Position numbers and translations under genes: made by a program
Part shown: positions 19,160 to 29,635 of the stretch, piece after piece
Numbering within the stretch: the stretch's first letter is position 1
Layout of the letters: the number at the start of each line of letters is the position of its first letter
The notes under the pieces: model-generated
What the model was told of the DNA's origin: nothing
Databases searched by the model: none
What the model saw: the letters and a program-made list of their open reading frames with translations, nothing else
Assembly (NCBI GenBank): GCA_902551185.1
Contig: CACDCN010000001.1
Span: 3,049 to 67,048, forward strand
Length of the DNA stretch: 64,000 bases
Direction of reading: 5' to 3'
DNA from: an uncultured SAR86 cluster bacterium
GTDB lineage: Bacteria; Pseudomonadota; Gammaproteobacteria; Magnimaribacterales; D2472

Positions 19160-20025
19160 TGGCTGATAAAGAATATAAATGTTTTCAGATAAATGTTACC
19201 AATCATGTAGCTAGCCTGGTTTTATCTCGACCAGATGAACTAAATACTATGTCCAGAGACTTCTGGGTTGAGCTTGGAGATGTACTAGAAGAAATAAATC
19301 GAAATTCAGACATAAGAGTGGTTGTAATGTCTTCAACTGGTAAACATTTTTGTGCAGGAATGGATTTAAATGCCTTTGATAATGGTGTAGACAATATCCC
19401 AGATGATAAAAAACCAGATGATGCACGTATTGGCGAAGCTGTATACAGAGTAGCTAAGGAACTTCAAGAATATATCAGCACTTTAGAAAAAATAAGAGTG
19501 CCTGTAATTGCTGCAATTCAAGGGGGTTGTGTTGGTGGTGCTGTTGATTTGGTTACAGCTTGTGATATTAGACTTGCCTCTAGCGATGCATTTTTCTGTA
19601 TTCAAGAAATTAATATTGGTATGGCTGCAGATGTTGGAACTCTTCAAAGACTTCCTAGGATTATCCCAGATTCTAAGATGCGTGAAATGGCATATACGGG
19701 AAGAAGAATGTATGCAGAAGAAGCAAAAGATACTGGTTTGGTAAGTGATACCTTTGAGTCGCAAGAAAAACTTCTTGATGCTGCAAATAAATTAGCTAAT
19801 GAAATTGCTTCAAAGTCTCCGGTTGCTATATATGGTCTTAAAGCAGTTATGAACTATTCAAGAGACCATACTGTAAGCGAGAGTTTGGAATATAACGCAT
19901 TATGGAGTGGAGCTATGTTAAGTCAAAAAGATATGACTGAAGCAATGACCGCTAACATGGAAAAAAGAGAAGCATCATTTAATAAATTAGTTGATGTAAA
20001 GAAATTTAACGAGTCAGACTCTTAA
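19159..20025 (+). CDS. enoyl-CoA hydratase/isomerase family protein (dienoyl-CoA isomerase-like)
   Basis: 288 aa crotonase fold with FCAGMDL and GGCVGGAVDLVTACDIR motifs. Confidence 0.85.
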   Translation: MADKEYKCFQINVTNHVASLVLSRPDELNTMSRDFWVELGDVLEEINRNSDIRVVVMSSTGKHFCAGMDLNAFDNGVDNIPDDKKPDDARIGEAVYRVAKELQEYISTLEKIRVPVIAAIQGGCVGGAVDLVTACDIRLASSDAFFCIQEINIGMAADVGTLQRLPRIIPDSKMREMAYTGRRMYAEEAKDTGLVSDTFESQEKLLDAANKLANEIASKSPVAIYGLKAVMNYSRDHTVSESLEYNALWSGAMLSQKDMTEAMTANMEKREASFNKLVDVKKFNESDS

Positions 20026-20792
20026 GCTTTTCTTAAAAAAACAGGGACGGTACTTGTTGATTCAGATTTTGAATACTTATATCCATCTGAATTAAAGTTA
20101 ACTAAATCCTCATGATCAGTTACTTTATTTTTTATAATCCACCTAGCCATTAAGCCTCTAGCTTTTTTTGCATAAAAACTAATAATTTTATAATTTCCAT
20201 TTTTATAATCTTTGAAACATGGTGAAATTACATTTAACTCTTTAGGCATCTTTCCTAGAGCAGTAAAATATTCTTTTGAAGCAAGATTAATTAAAAGGCC
20301 TGATTTTTGTTCTTTAAGATCGTCTAGGACATTTTGTTGTATTTTATTCCCCCAAAATTCATATAAATTTTTCCCTTTTGGAGTTTCTAACTTTGTTCCC
20401 ATTTCTAACCTATAAGGCTCCATGACATCTAATGGTTTTAAAATCCCGTATAAGCCTGACAATATCCTTATATGTTTTTGAGCGAATTTCATATCTACTT
20501 CAGATAAATTTTCTGCCTGAAGGCCTTGATATACATCTCCTTTAAAGACAAGCATGGATTGCTTTGAGTCACTTGAAATATTTTTTGAAGCCGCCCATGA
20601 CTGATACCTATCATAATTCAAAGCAGCCAATTTATCGCTAAGCCCCATTAAAGAAGCAATATCTTTTGGTTCTTTCTGTTTTAGTTGACCAATAAGTTCA
20701 GTGGATTGACTAAGAAATGCTGGAACAGAATGCTTGCTATTAGTTTCAAATTCGTAATCAAGTGTTTTTGCTGGAGAAAGTACTATAATCAT
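20022..20792 (-). CDS. yaaA: peroxide stress protein YaaA (UPF0246)
   Basis: 256 aa. N-terminus MIIVLSPAKTLDYE and overall length are typical of YaaA. Confidence 0.9.
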   Translation of the reverse strand: MIIVLSPAKTLDYEFETNSKHSVPAFLSQSTELIGQLKQKEPKDIASLMGLSDKLAALNYDRYQSWAASKNISSDSKQSMLVFKGDVYQGLQAENLSEVDMKFAQKHIRILSGLYGILKPLDVMEPYRLEMGTKLETPKGKNLYEFWGNKIQQNVLDDLKEQKSGLLINLASKEYFTALGKMPKELNVISPCFKDYKNGNYKIISFYAKKARGLMARWIIKNKVTDHEDLVNFNSDGYKYSKSESTSTVPVFLRKA

Positions 20793-20827
20793 GGCTGTAT
20801 TTTAACGAAAACTATAAAGCTTATCCA

Positions 20828-21292
20828 ATGATGTATCTAGAAAAAACCATAATTTCTTTAGGGAGATGTATATCATTAATGATACCTATAATGGTGATTC
20901 TAATGGTAGTGATAATTGTTGCCAGGTATTTTCTTGGAATTGGTCTAACTGGTATTCAAGAGTTAGTTATGTACATCCATGCATTGGTATTCCTTGGTTG
21001 TGCTGGATATGTCCAATATAAAGATGAGCATGTCAGAGTAGATATTTTTTATAGAGATGCATCTAATGAATATAAAAATAAGGTAAATCTAATATTTGGG
21101 ATTTTATTCTTAATGCCAATGATATTTGTTATTGGGTATTTTTCCATAGACCTTATTGAGATGTCCTGGGAAATTAAAGAAACTTCTACTGAAGCTGGTG
21201 GGCTGAATTATGTCTATATACAAAAAACTCTTATTTTATTATTTCCACTAAGCTTGGTGTTAACAATTATTTACCAACTAAGAGAAAAGTAA
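20828..21292 (+). CDS. TRAP transporter small permease subunit (DctQ-like)
   Basis: 154 aa with 4 TM helices. It immediately precedes the large permease, and its stop abuts the next ATG. Confidence 0.8.
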   Translation: MMYLEKTIISLGRCISLMIPIMVILMVVIIVARYFLGIGLTGIQELVMYIHALVFLGCAGYVQYKDEHVRVDIFYRDASNEYKNKVNLIFGILFLMPMIFVIGYFSIDLIEMSWEIKETSTEAGGLNYVYIQKTLILLFPLSLVLTIIYQLREK

Positions 21293-22629
21293 TGGAAGTA
21301 ATACCTCTTCTACTTTTGATAATCATTTGTGCTGCTTTATTGATAGGTTATCCAGTAGCTTTTACTTTGGCAGGAATATCAATTCTATTTGCTTTGATAT
21401 GCATTCCTTTTGGGATATTTGATCCCACTATATTTAAAAGTATTCCAATAAGGATTTTTGGAATTATGAATAACATAACATTGCTTGCAGTGCCTTTATT
21501 TATTTTTATGGGGACCATTTTAGAGAAATCAGGGATTGCAGCAAAAATGTTAGAAAATATGGCTGCTGCTTTTAAGAAAACTAAGGGTGGATTATCGATA
21601 TCAATTATTGTCGTTGGAGCTCTACTTGCTGCAAGCACCGGTATTGTTGGGGCAACAGTAGTGACTATGGGCTTAATGTCTTTGCCAATATTAATAAATC
21701 AAGGATATGAAAAGGGTTTCTCAGCAGGATTGGTTGCATCAACAGGGACTTTAGGGCAAATCATACCCCCTTCCATTGCATTGGTTTTGCTTGGCGATGT
21801 TATGTCAAATGCTTATCAAAGAGCTCAAAATGATATGGGTATATTTTCTCAACAGACGGTTACAGTAGGAGATCTTTTTATAGGCGCAGTAATCCCAGGA
21901 ATGATGATATGTCTTGGGTATCTTATCTATACGATTTATAAAAATGGTAAAAATAAAGATTTAAAAGACTACTCTAATGAAGTCCCAATTCAAAGAATTG
22001 AGTTATTAAAAACTCTTGCCCTTCCAATAGTATTAATCTTTCTTGTGCTTGGTTCTATATTTGCTGGGATTGCGACCCCAACAGAAGCAGCAGCAATTGG
22101 AGCTTTTGGAGCAATGCTAATTGCATTTATAAATAGCAAGATTAATTTTCAATTTATAAAGGAAACCTCAGAGAAGACAGCAATAGTATCTACTATGATT
22201 TTTACTATACTTATTGGAGCTTCAATTTTTTCATTAATCTTTAGAGGTGTGGGTGGAGATGAGTTAATTAATCTTATTTTTAGTTCTCTTCCAGGCGGAC
22301 CCCTCACAGCACTAATCTTTGTTTTAATAGTAATTTTCTTATTAGGATTTATCTTAGACTTTATAGAAATCTGTTATGTAATAGTTCCTTTGATAGCCCC
22401 GCCACTTTTAATGATGGGCTTTGATCCAGTATGGTTAGCCATACTGTTTGCAATAAATTTACAAACCTCATTCCTAACACCACCTTTTGGATTCTCTTTA
22501 TTTTATTTGAGAGGGGTTGCAGATGAGAGTATTCAAACTTCAGAAATCTATAGTGGCGTAATACCTTTTATCCTCATTCAGCTATTAGTGCTATTAATAG
22601 TTATGATTTTTCCTGTTTTTGTTTTATAA
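21292..22629 (+). CDS. TRAP transporter large permease subunit (DctM-like)
   Basis: 445 aa polytopic protein. Conserved DctM-type segments are present (LLAVPLFIFMG, ATPTEAAAIGA). Confidence 0.9.
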   Translation: MEVIPLLLLIIICAALLIGYPVAFTLAGISILFALICIPFGIFDPTIFKSIPIRIFGIMNNITLLAVPLFIFMGTILEKSGIAAKMLENMAAAFKKTKGGLSISIIVVGALLAASTGIVGATVVTMGLMSLPILINQGYEKGFSAGLVASTGTLGQIIPPSIALVLLGDVMSNAYQRAQNDMGIFSQQTVTVGDLFIGAVIPGMMICLGYLIYTIYKNGKNKDLKDYSNEVPIQRIELLKTLALPIVLIFLVLGSIFAGIATPTEAAAIGAFGAMLIAFINSKINFQFIKETSEKTAIVSTMIFTILIGASIFSLIFRGVGGDELINLIFSSLPGGPLTALIFVLIVIFLLGFILDFIEICYVIVPLIAPPLLMMGFDPVWLAILFAINLQTSFLTPPFGFSLFYLRGVADESIQTSEIYSGVIPFILIQLLVLLIVMIFPVFVL

Positions 22630-22636
22630 ATTAAGA

Positions 22637-23599
22637 CTAAAGTCCTGCATTATTTTTCTCTAATGCTCGCTCTGCTCTATAACTTGAACGAACCATAGGA
22701 CCAGATACAACTTCAAGAAAGCCTTTTTTTAGTCCAATTTGTCTATATTTCTCAAATTCTTCTGGAGTTACCCATCTTTCAATTGGGTGATGATTAACAG
22801 TAGGTCTTAGATACTGTCCAATAGTTAATATATCAACCTTGTTTTCTATAAGATCATCCATGGTTTGCTCTATTTCAGCATCAGTTTCACCAAGACCAAG
22901 AATAATACTTGTTTTAGTAAGCACTGTTGGATTAATACGTTTTGATTCTGCAAGCACATCTAGGGTTTGCTGATAGCCTGCTCTGATATCTCTAACTTGG
23001 TGCGTAAGTCTCTCAACTGTTTCAATATTTTGCGCAAACACCTCTAAGCCACAATTGACTAATGTATCTATAGAAGAAGATAAGCCTTTGAAATCTGGAG
23101 TTAAGGCCTCTACTGCAGTATTTGGGTTTAATTCTTTAATTAATTTTACGGTATCAGCAAAATGTTGAGCTCCACCATCAGGGAGATCATCTCTATTAAC
23201 AGAAGTAAGCACAACATATTTTAATTTCATTATCTTAACTGCTTTTGCAGTATTCATTGGTTCATCTTTATCCAGCCATCCATTTGGGTTGCCAGTATCA
23301 ACAGAACAAAACTTACACGCTCTTGTACAAACAGATCCCATTAACATAAATGTTGCAGTGCCAGCAGACCAGCATTCATTAATATTAGGGCAGTGTGCTT
23401 CTTCGCAAACTGTATAAAGCCGTTTACTTTGAACCTGTTCTTTTACTTTATGAAAGTTTGGATTAAATTCAGCTTTTACTTTTAACCAACTAGGTTTTTT
23501 TGGAGTAGGAATATCTGCGTATTTATTAAATTTTTGACCATTCTTAATAGACTTGATGCCATCTCTATTGATGGTTTTTGTTGTAGCTATTAACTCCAT
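22637..23599 (-). CDS. lipA: lipoyl synthase
   Basis: 320 aa with the radical-SAM CxxxCxxC ([10 protein letters not shown]) plus the N-terminal [12 protein letters not shown] cluster. Confidence 0.95.
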   Translation of the reverse strand: MELIATTKTINRDGIKSIKNGQKFNKYADIPTPKKPSWLKVKAEFNPNFHKVKEQVQSKRLYTVCEEAHCPNINECWSAGTATFMLMGSVCTRACKFCSVDTGNPNGWLDKDEPMNTAKAVKIMKLKYVVLTSVNRDDLPDGGAQHFADTVKLIKELNPNTAVEALTPDFKGLSSSIDTLVNCGLEVFAQNIETVERLTHQVRDIRAGYQQTLDVLAESKRINPTVLTKTSIILGLGETDAEIEQTMDDLIENKVDILTIGQYLRPTVNHHPIERWVTPEEFEKYRQIGLKKGFLEVVSGPMVRSSYRAERALEKNNAGL

Positions 23600-23601
23600 A
23601 A

Positions 23602-24204
23602 TTAAAATATATGTCTAAGTTTTTCTATTACAAGTTCTTCTAATTGTAATTTAGAAATATTTCTATTGAAATCTTTTATCTGTGTTACCTCCAAGCCCTC
23701 ATACCCACATGGATTGATATAGGTAAAAGGTTTTAAGTCCATATCAAAATTTATGCTAATTCCATGATAGGTTTTATTTTTTGAGATTCTTAAGCCAATT
23801 GAAGCAATTTTTTTATCATTAACATAAACCCCAGGAGCCCCCTCAATAAATGAACTTTCAATTGACAGATCGGATAATAATTCTTTAATAAATTCTTGAA
23901 TAGAAACAACCAGCTTGTTTGGACCACATCCTAATTTCTTTATATCTAATAAAAAATATATTATGAGCTGTCCAGGACCGTGATAAGTCACCTCCCCACC
24001 TCTATCAGACTGTACAATAGGAATCTCTTTTGGATCTAATACATGACTATTATCTGCAGCAGTTCCAAGGGTAAATACTGGAGGGTGCTCTAGTAACCAA
24101 ATTTCATTACTAAAATCTTTTTCTTTTATATGAGATCTCATTAATTCGAGAGTCTCATGATAATTAACAGTACCTAATGATTTAAAGGTTAAATTTTCTA
24201 ACAC
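23602..24204 (-). CDS. lipB: lipoyl(octanoyl) transferase
   Basis: 200 aa with [13 protein letters not shown] and a catalytic-region PCG motif. The GTG start overlaps the upstream TAG by 1 nt. Confidence 0.9.
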   Translation of the reverse strand: MLENLTFKSLGTVNYHETLELMRSHIKEKDFSNEIWLLEHPPVFTLGTAADNSHVLDPKEIPIVQSDRGGEVTYHGPGQLIIYFLLDIKKLGCGPNKLVVSIQEFIKELLSDLSIESSFIEGAPGVYVNDKKIASIGLRISKNKTYHGISINFDMDLKPFTYINPCGYEGLEVTQIKDFNRNISKLQLEELVIEKLRHIF

Positions 24205-25289
24205 TACTTATTTCTTGATTCTACGAATGCATCTTCAGATATCTCATGGTATGCCGACACATCGTTTTTAAATTTAAGATAAGAATCATATACTTTTGAG
24301 ATTACTTCATCTTCTTTTGCAAGCTCATCTAAAATTTTATTGGAAATCTTTCTAAATTCTTCGATTACATCATCCGGTAATTTTCTTAACTCTACTCCAT
24401 GGACTTCTATTAACTCAGTTAGTGCTTGATTATTTTTTGCAAGATACTCATCAAGCATATCTTGATTAACTGCTTTCGTGGCTGTTTCAATAATAACTTG
24501 TAAATGATTTGGCAAAGAGTTCCAAGCATCTATATTTATCAGAAGTTCTAGCATAGGTCCTGGCTCATGCCATCCTGGATAATAATAGTATTTTGCAGCT
24601 TGATGAAAGCCAAATGTTAAATCATTATATGGGCCAACCCATTCAGTCGCATCAATCACTCCTGTTTGTAATGCAGTAAATAATTCTCCACCAGGCAGAG
24701 TTACTGGGATACCTCCTGCTTCTTTTAAAACTTCGCCTCCAATTCCTGGTATTCGCATCTTTAAGCCTTTGATATCTTCGAGAGAATTTATTTCTTTATT
24801 AAACCAACCAAACATTTGGGTTCCAGTGTTTCCAGCTGGGATTGGATAAATATTAAATGGGGCATATATTTCTCTCCATAATTCTAGCCCTCCACCTCTA
24901 TTTACCCATGCGTTAATTTCATCTGCGGTTAGGCCAAATGGAACACTTGTAAAAAATTGAGCTGCTGGAACTTTTCCTTTCCAAAAATAACCCCCGCTAT
25001 GCCCCATCTGATGCGACCCGCTTGAGACAGCATCAAATACTCCAAATGCGGGAACTTGTTCTTCAGCTCCATAGACAGTTATCACCATTTGCCCATCGCT
25101 CATTTCTTCAACCAAATCTGCAATTCTTTCAGGCGCCATACCAAGGCCAGGATAATTTTTTGGCCAAGATGTAACCAATCTCCAATTATATTTTTCTTCT
25201 TTAGAAGATTTGATTGCTTCTGTGGTATTTGAAGCATCTGAACAACTAACAACAAAAATTAATATACTTAAATAAATTAAATATCTCAT
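24204..25289 (-). CDS. TRAP transporter substrate-binding protein (DctP family), lipoprotein
   Basis: Start taken at MRYLIYLSILIFVVSCS (25289), which forms a TAATG junction with uvrD. The mature part is typical of DctP-type SBPs (WRLVTSWPKNYPGLG...). Confidence 0.85.
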   Translation of the reverse strand: MRYLIYLSILIFVVSCSDASNTTEAIKSSKEEKYNWRLVTSWPKNYPGLGMAPERIADLVEEMSDGQMVITVYGAEEQVPAFGVFDAVSSGSHQMGHSGGYFWKGKVPAAQFFTSVPFGLTADEINAWVNRGGGLELWREIYAPFNIYPIPAGNTGTQMFGWFNKEINSLEDIKGLKMRIPGIGGEVLKEAGGIPVTLPGGELFTALQTGVIDATEWVGPYNDLTFGFHQAAKYYYYPGWHEPGPMLELLINIDAWNSLPNHLQVIIETATKAVNQDMLDEYLAKNNQALTELIEVHGVELRKLPDDVIEEFRKISNKILDELAKEDEVISKVYDSYLKFKNDVSAYHEISEDAFVESRNK

Positions 25290-27463
25290 TACAATTTCTC
25301 TAGGTTTGCATAAGCCATTACTAGCCATTTAGTTCCTGAATTATCAAAATTTACTTGAACTCTAGCTGTATCACCAGAGCCCTCATAGTTTAAAACAATC
25401 CCTTCACCAAATTTCTTATGTTTTACTTTTTGGCCAAGAGCAATCCCAATCTCCTCCTCAAATTCCATTTTCGTTTCTTTAAAATCTTTTCTATTATAAG
25501 GAATATTGGTTTGTGCTCTAGGTCTTATTTCATCAATAAGTTCTTTTGGAATCTCTCGTAAAAATCTTGATGGAGGGTTGAAAGTGTCTGTTCCATGAAG
25601 CCTTCTTGATTCTGCATGTGTGATATATAACTTTTCCATAGCTCTGGTTATAGCTACATAACAAAGCCTTCTTTCTTCTTCTAGTTGAGAAGCGCTTTCC
25701 ATAGACCTTCCGTGCGGAAATAAACTCTCCTCTAGTCCTGTTATAAGTACTAACTTAAATTCTAGGCCTTTAGCAGAATGCATTGTCATTAATTGCGCTG
25801 CGTCATCATGCTCTGATGCCTGCCTATCGCCTGAATCTAATGAAATAATATCAAGATAACTCTCAGCTATTTCAAGGTTTGATTTATCCTCTTTAATACT
25901 CTGTTCAAAGTTCTTTGTTGCAGTGATTAGCTCTTCTAAATTTTCTATTCTGGTTTTACCTTTTTCACCCGCCTCTTTTGCATGATATGCATATAAGCCT
26001 GATTCTTTAATTATTAATTCCATTAATTCAGACAATGTATTTTCTTCAATAAAAGCTTTGCAACCTGCAATAAATTCTAGATAGTCCCTAAGCCCTGCTC
26101 CTCCTCTTCCAGATATTAAACCTTCATCGATTAATTTAGCTGAAGCTTTTATATAAGAGATATTATATTTCTTAGAAGTTTGTCTAATCTTCCCTAAAGT
26201 CTTCTCTCCAACACCTCTTGTTGGATTTGAAATAGACCTTTCAAATGATGGGTTATCATTGTTATTAAAAATTATTCTTAGATATGCTATTGCGTTTTTA
26301 ATTTCTAATCTTTCATAAAAACGTAAGCCGCCATAAATCCTATATGGAATACTCACCCTTAATAAAGCCTCTTCAATAGCTCTAGATTGGGCATTTGATC
26401 TATAGAGAACTGCTGCCTCTTCATAGGCACCACCTTTATTCATCCAATCTTTTAAAACATCAGCCACAAATCGAGCTTCGTCTTGTTCGTTGTATGCTTG
26501 GTATAATATTATTTGTTCACCTTCAAGTTTGTCAGTCCATAAATTTTTTCCAAGCCTTTCTTTATTATTATCAATTAGTGCATTGGCTGCATTAAGGATG
26601 ATATTGGTAGATCTATAATTCTGCTCAAGTCTAATAATTTCAGTATTCTTATAATCTTCTGTAAAAGAATTAACATGTTCCACTTTTGCGCCTCTCCAAC
26701 CATAGATTGACTGATCATCATCTCCAACAGCAGTTACATTAGCTTTGTCAGATGCTATTTCTTGAAGCCATTTATACTGAATAGTATTTGTATCTTGAAA
26801 CTCATCGATTAATATTGATTGAAATCTTGTTTGAAAAAAAGATTTAACAGAAGGAGATTCTGCTAATACCTCATATGATTTTAATAGCAATTCTCCAAAA
26901 TCAACCAAATCATCTCTTTGGCAAACTTCTTCATATTCTTTATTGATCTTATTTACTGTTTCAGTATAAAAATCGTCTTTATCATTAACCTCTTTACTTC
27001 TTAACCCCTCATCCTTCCAAGTATTAATTTGCCACTGACTTTGTCTGGCTGGCCAGGTAGCCTCATCTAAATTTAATTCTTTTGAAATTCTCTTGATTAT
27101 CCTTAATTGATCATCTGAGTCTAAAATTGTAAAACTGCTAGATAGGCCAGCTTCTTTATGGAATCTTTTTAAAAGTTTATGAGATAAGCCATGAAATGTT
27201 CCAACCCAAGAATCTAACATTGGAGCTTGAAGAAGAGCTTCAATTCTTGACCGCATTTCATTAGCAGCTTTATTCGTAAAGGTTACAGCCATTATTGCTG
27301 ATGGATTTCTTCCTTGCGCTTCAACTTCCCAAGCTATTTTATGAACTAAGACTCTTGTTTTACCAGAGCCTGCCCCAGCAAGCACAAGTAAATGCTGTTT
27401 TTCTGAAGTAACAGCATTTCTTTGATCTTCGTTTAAATTGTCTAAAATATGAGATACATCCAT
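25289..27463 (-). CDS. uvrD: DNA helicase II (UvrD)
   Basis: 724 aa SF1 helicase with AGAGSGKT, DEFQDTN and VGDDDQSIYGWRGA motifs. The UvrD-type C-terminal domain reads KFGEGIVLNYEG. Confidence 0.9.
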   Translation of the reverse strand: MDVSHILDNLNEDQRNAVTSEKQHLLVLAGAGSGKTRVLVHKIAWEVEAQGRNPSAIMAVTFTNKAANEMRSRIEALLQAPMLDSWVGTFHGLSHKLLKRFHKEAGLSSSFTILDSDDQLRIIKRISKELNLDEATWPARQSQWQINTWKDEGLRSKEVNDKDDFYTETVNKINKEYEEVCQRDDLVDFGELLLKSYEVLAESPSVKSFFQTRFQSILIDEFQDTNTIQYKWLQEIASDKANVTAVGDDDQSIYGWRGAKVEHVNSFTEDYKNTEIIRLEQNYRSTNIILNAANALIDNNKERLGKNLWTDKLEGEQIILYQAYNEQDEARFVADVLKDWMNKGGAYEEAAVLYRSNAQSRAIEEALLRVSIPYRIYGGLRFYERLEIKNAIAYLRIIFNNNDNPSFERSISNPTRGVGEKTLGKIRQTSKKYNISYIKASAKLIDEGLISGRGGAGLRDYLEFIAGCKAFIEENTLSELMELIIKESGLYAYHAKEAGEKGKTRIENLEELITATKNFEQSIKEDKSNLEIAESYLDIISLDSGDRQASEHDDAAQLMTMHSAKGLEFKLVLITGLEESLFPHGRSMESASQLEEERRLCYVAITRAMEKLYITHAESRRLHGTDTFNPPSRFLREIPKELIDEIRPRAQTNIPYNRKDFKETKMEFEEEIGIALGQKVKHKKFGEGIVLNYEGSGDTARVQVNFDNSGTKWLVMAYANLEKL

Positions 27464-27505
27464 TTAGGGATTCATTTTTTTACTTAAGTTAGATATTCTA
27501 ACCTT

Positions 27506-28351
27506 ATGTCGACTAAATTATTGAGACAAATAAAAAATTCGCTACCAGAATTAAGGAAATCTGAAAAAATTGTAGGTGAATTTGTATTAAATGATCCTAA
27601 ATCAATAATTACAATGAAAACTGCAGAAGCTTCTAATGCGATGGGTATTAGTGAGCCAACTTTAATAAGATTCTGTAAAGCAATGGGATTTTCAGGTTTT
27701 CAAGAATTTAAGATTAACTTATCGCAACAATTAGCAGCTGATGATTATTTTGTTATGTATGAAATAAATGAGGACGATTCAATTCATGAGCTTTGTGAAA
27801 AAGTCTTTGATACTTCAATTAGTGAAATTCTAAATGTCAGATCTCAAATCGATCAAAATATATTAGAAAATGCCATTGATACTTTAGTTAATGCACAAAG
27901 GGTTGAATTTTATGCTTTTGGTGGTTCTGCTCCTGTAGCTATGGACGGACAGCATAAATTTTTTAGACTAAAAATACCTTCTTCATATATATCAGATCCT
28001 CATCTCCAATTTATGTCAGCAAACTCTCTAGAAAAAGATGACGTTGTAGTAGCAATTTCTCAGTCAGGAACAACCTCAGCCTTAATCGATAGTGTAAAAA
28101 TTGTAAGAAAAAATGGGGTTAAAGTAATAGGTATTATGCCTGGCAATACTCCATTGGCAGATATATGTGATTTTCCTTTATCTATAAATGTAGGTGTTGA
28201 TAATAGAATATCTAAACCCGTTACTTCAAGAATTGCATACACTGCAGTTATTGATGTTTTAACAATGGGAGTTGCGCAATTAAAGCCGGAAGCACAAGAG
28301 CACCTATATAATATTGCTGACAGTCAAAGATCTCTTAAGGTTGATAATTGA
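27506..28351 (+). CDS. RpiR/HexR-family transcriptional regulator (HTH + SIS domain)
   Basis: 281 aa with an N-terminal HTH_6-type region (GISEPTLIRFCKAMGFSGFQEFK) and a SIS domain (ISQSGTT). Confidence 0.85.
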   Translation: MSTKLLRQIKNSLPELRKSEKIVGEFVLNDPKSIITMKTAEASNAMGISEPTLIRFCKAMGFSGFQEFKINLSQQLAADDYFVMYEINEDDSIHELCEKVFDTSISEILNVRSQIDQNILENAIDTLVNAQRVEFYAFGGSAPVAMDGQHKFFRLKIPSSYISDPHLQFMSANSLEKDDVVVAISQSGTTSALIDSVKIVRKNGVKVIGIMPGNTPLADICDFPLSINVGVDNRISKPVTSRIAYTAVIDVLTMGVAQLKPEAQEHLYNIADSQRSLKVDN

Positions 28352-28414
28352 TATATTTTTAAAATATATATTCAATCAGATGCTAGAATTGTAAGATAAA
28401 ATTTAGGAGAAAAA

Positions 28415-28831
28415 ATGAGCGAAGAGATCAAGAAATTCTTTACTACATATACTGATTTTGTAACAAAAGTAACAAGCAATCCAAGCATTGAATTAGATGC
28501 ACTTAAGAAAAGCTTTGATGAAATTGAAAAAAAATCAGGTATCAAAACTCCTCGCCTTTTAACTGCTGCTCTTGGTCTTGGAAGTGAAACCGGAGAATTT
28601 GTAGAAATTGTAAAAAAAATGTTTTTACAAGGGAAGCCTCCTTCGGAGGAAAATATCTTTCATATGAAAAGAGAGCTTGGGGACATAATGTGGTATTGGG
28701 TTACAGCGTGTGCAGCTCTTGGTTTGGACCCTTATGAAGTAATAAGCGAAAATCAAGAGAAGTTAGCTGCTAGATATGGTGAAAAATTTGAAGTTCAAAG
28801 AAGTGAAGTTCGAAAGGAAGGAGACCTATAA
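28415..28831 (+). CDS. MazG-like nucleotide pyrophosphohydrolase domain protein
   Basis: 138 aa with GLGSETGEFVE and ELGDIMWYW all-alpha NTP-PPase motifs. RBS AGGAGA upstream. Confidence 0.72.
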   Translation: MSEEIKKFFTTYTDFVTKVTSNPSIELDALKKSFDEIEKKSGIKTPRLLTAALGLGSETGEFVEIVKKMFLQGKPPSEENIFHMKRELGDIMWYWVTACAALGLDPYEVISENQEKLAARYGEKFEVQRSEVRKEGDL

Positions 28832-28847
28832 CGATTAATCTTAAATA

Positions 28848-29633
28848 ATGGATCATATTAAAGATTTAAAAATTGTTATCACTGCTGGAGCCTCTGGTAT
28901 AGGCTCTGAAGTAGCAATTGCTTTATCGAAAGCAGGTGCCAAAATTATAATCTGTGACATAGATGAAAGTCTTTTAGAATCTTTTTCTAATCAAAATCCC
29001 CAAATTACTACCTATCGTGCTGATGTATCAAATGAATCTGAAATTCGGTCTTTCTTTAAAGAAATAAAAAATAAATTTAATAATATTGATGTATTAATTA
29101 ACAATGCCGGCATCTCAGGCCCCTCTGGAAAACTCGAAGATATTAATTTTAATAGATGGAAAGAAACATTAAATGTTAATTTGGATGGAGTTTTCCTTGC
29201 GACAAGATCTGCCATACCTCTTCTAAAAAATAATGGCGGTTCAATTATAAATATTGGTTCTACTTCTTCTTTTTTGGGTAATCCTTTAAGATCGGCATAC
29301 TCTGCAACTAAATGGGGTTTAATAGGATTAACAAAAACATGGGCTATGGAGTACGGTGAAAATAATATAAGAGTTAATGCTGTCTGTCCTTGTTCGGTTA
29401 ATGGGGAGCGGATCGAAAACGTTATTAAAAGAGAGGCCGAATATAGAAATACTTCAACTGAAAAAATTAGGTCTGCTTATTTAGAACAAACCTCTCTTCA
29501 AACATTCATCGATGTCGAAGAAGTTATTGGAATGTTAGTATATTTAATGTCGCCTTTAGCTAAAAAAATTACAGGGCAAATGTTAGTTATAGATGGGAAT
29601 ACTGAGAGTCTATCTATTAAGGGTATAGATTAA
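28848..29633 (+). CDS. short-chain dehydrogenase/reductase (SDR)
   Basis: 261 aa with TAGASGIG, NNAG and YSATK motifs. Confidence 0.9.
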   Translation: MDHIKDLKIVITAGASGIGSEVAIALSKAGAKIIICDIDESLLESFSNQNPQITTYRADVSNESEIRSFFKEIKNKFNNIDVLINNAGISGPSGKLEDINFNRWKETLNVNLDGVFLATRSAIPLLKNNGGSIINIGSTSSFLGNPLRSAYSATKWGLIGLTKTWAMEYGENNIRVNAVCPCSVNGERIENVIKREAEYRNTSTEKIRSAYLEQTSLQTFIDVEEVIGMLVYLMSPLAKKITGQMLVIDGNTESLSIKGID

Positions 29634-29635
29634 TA

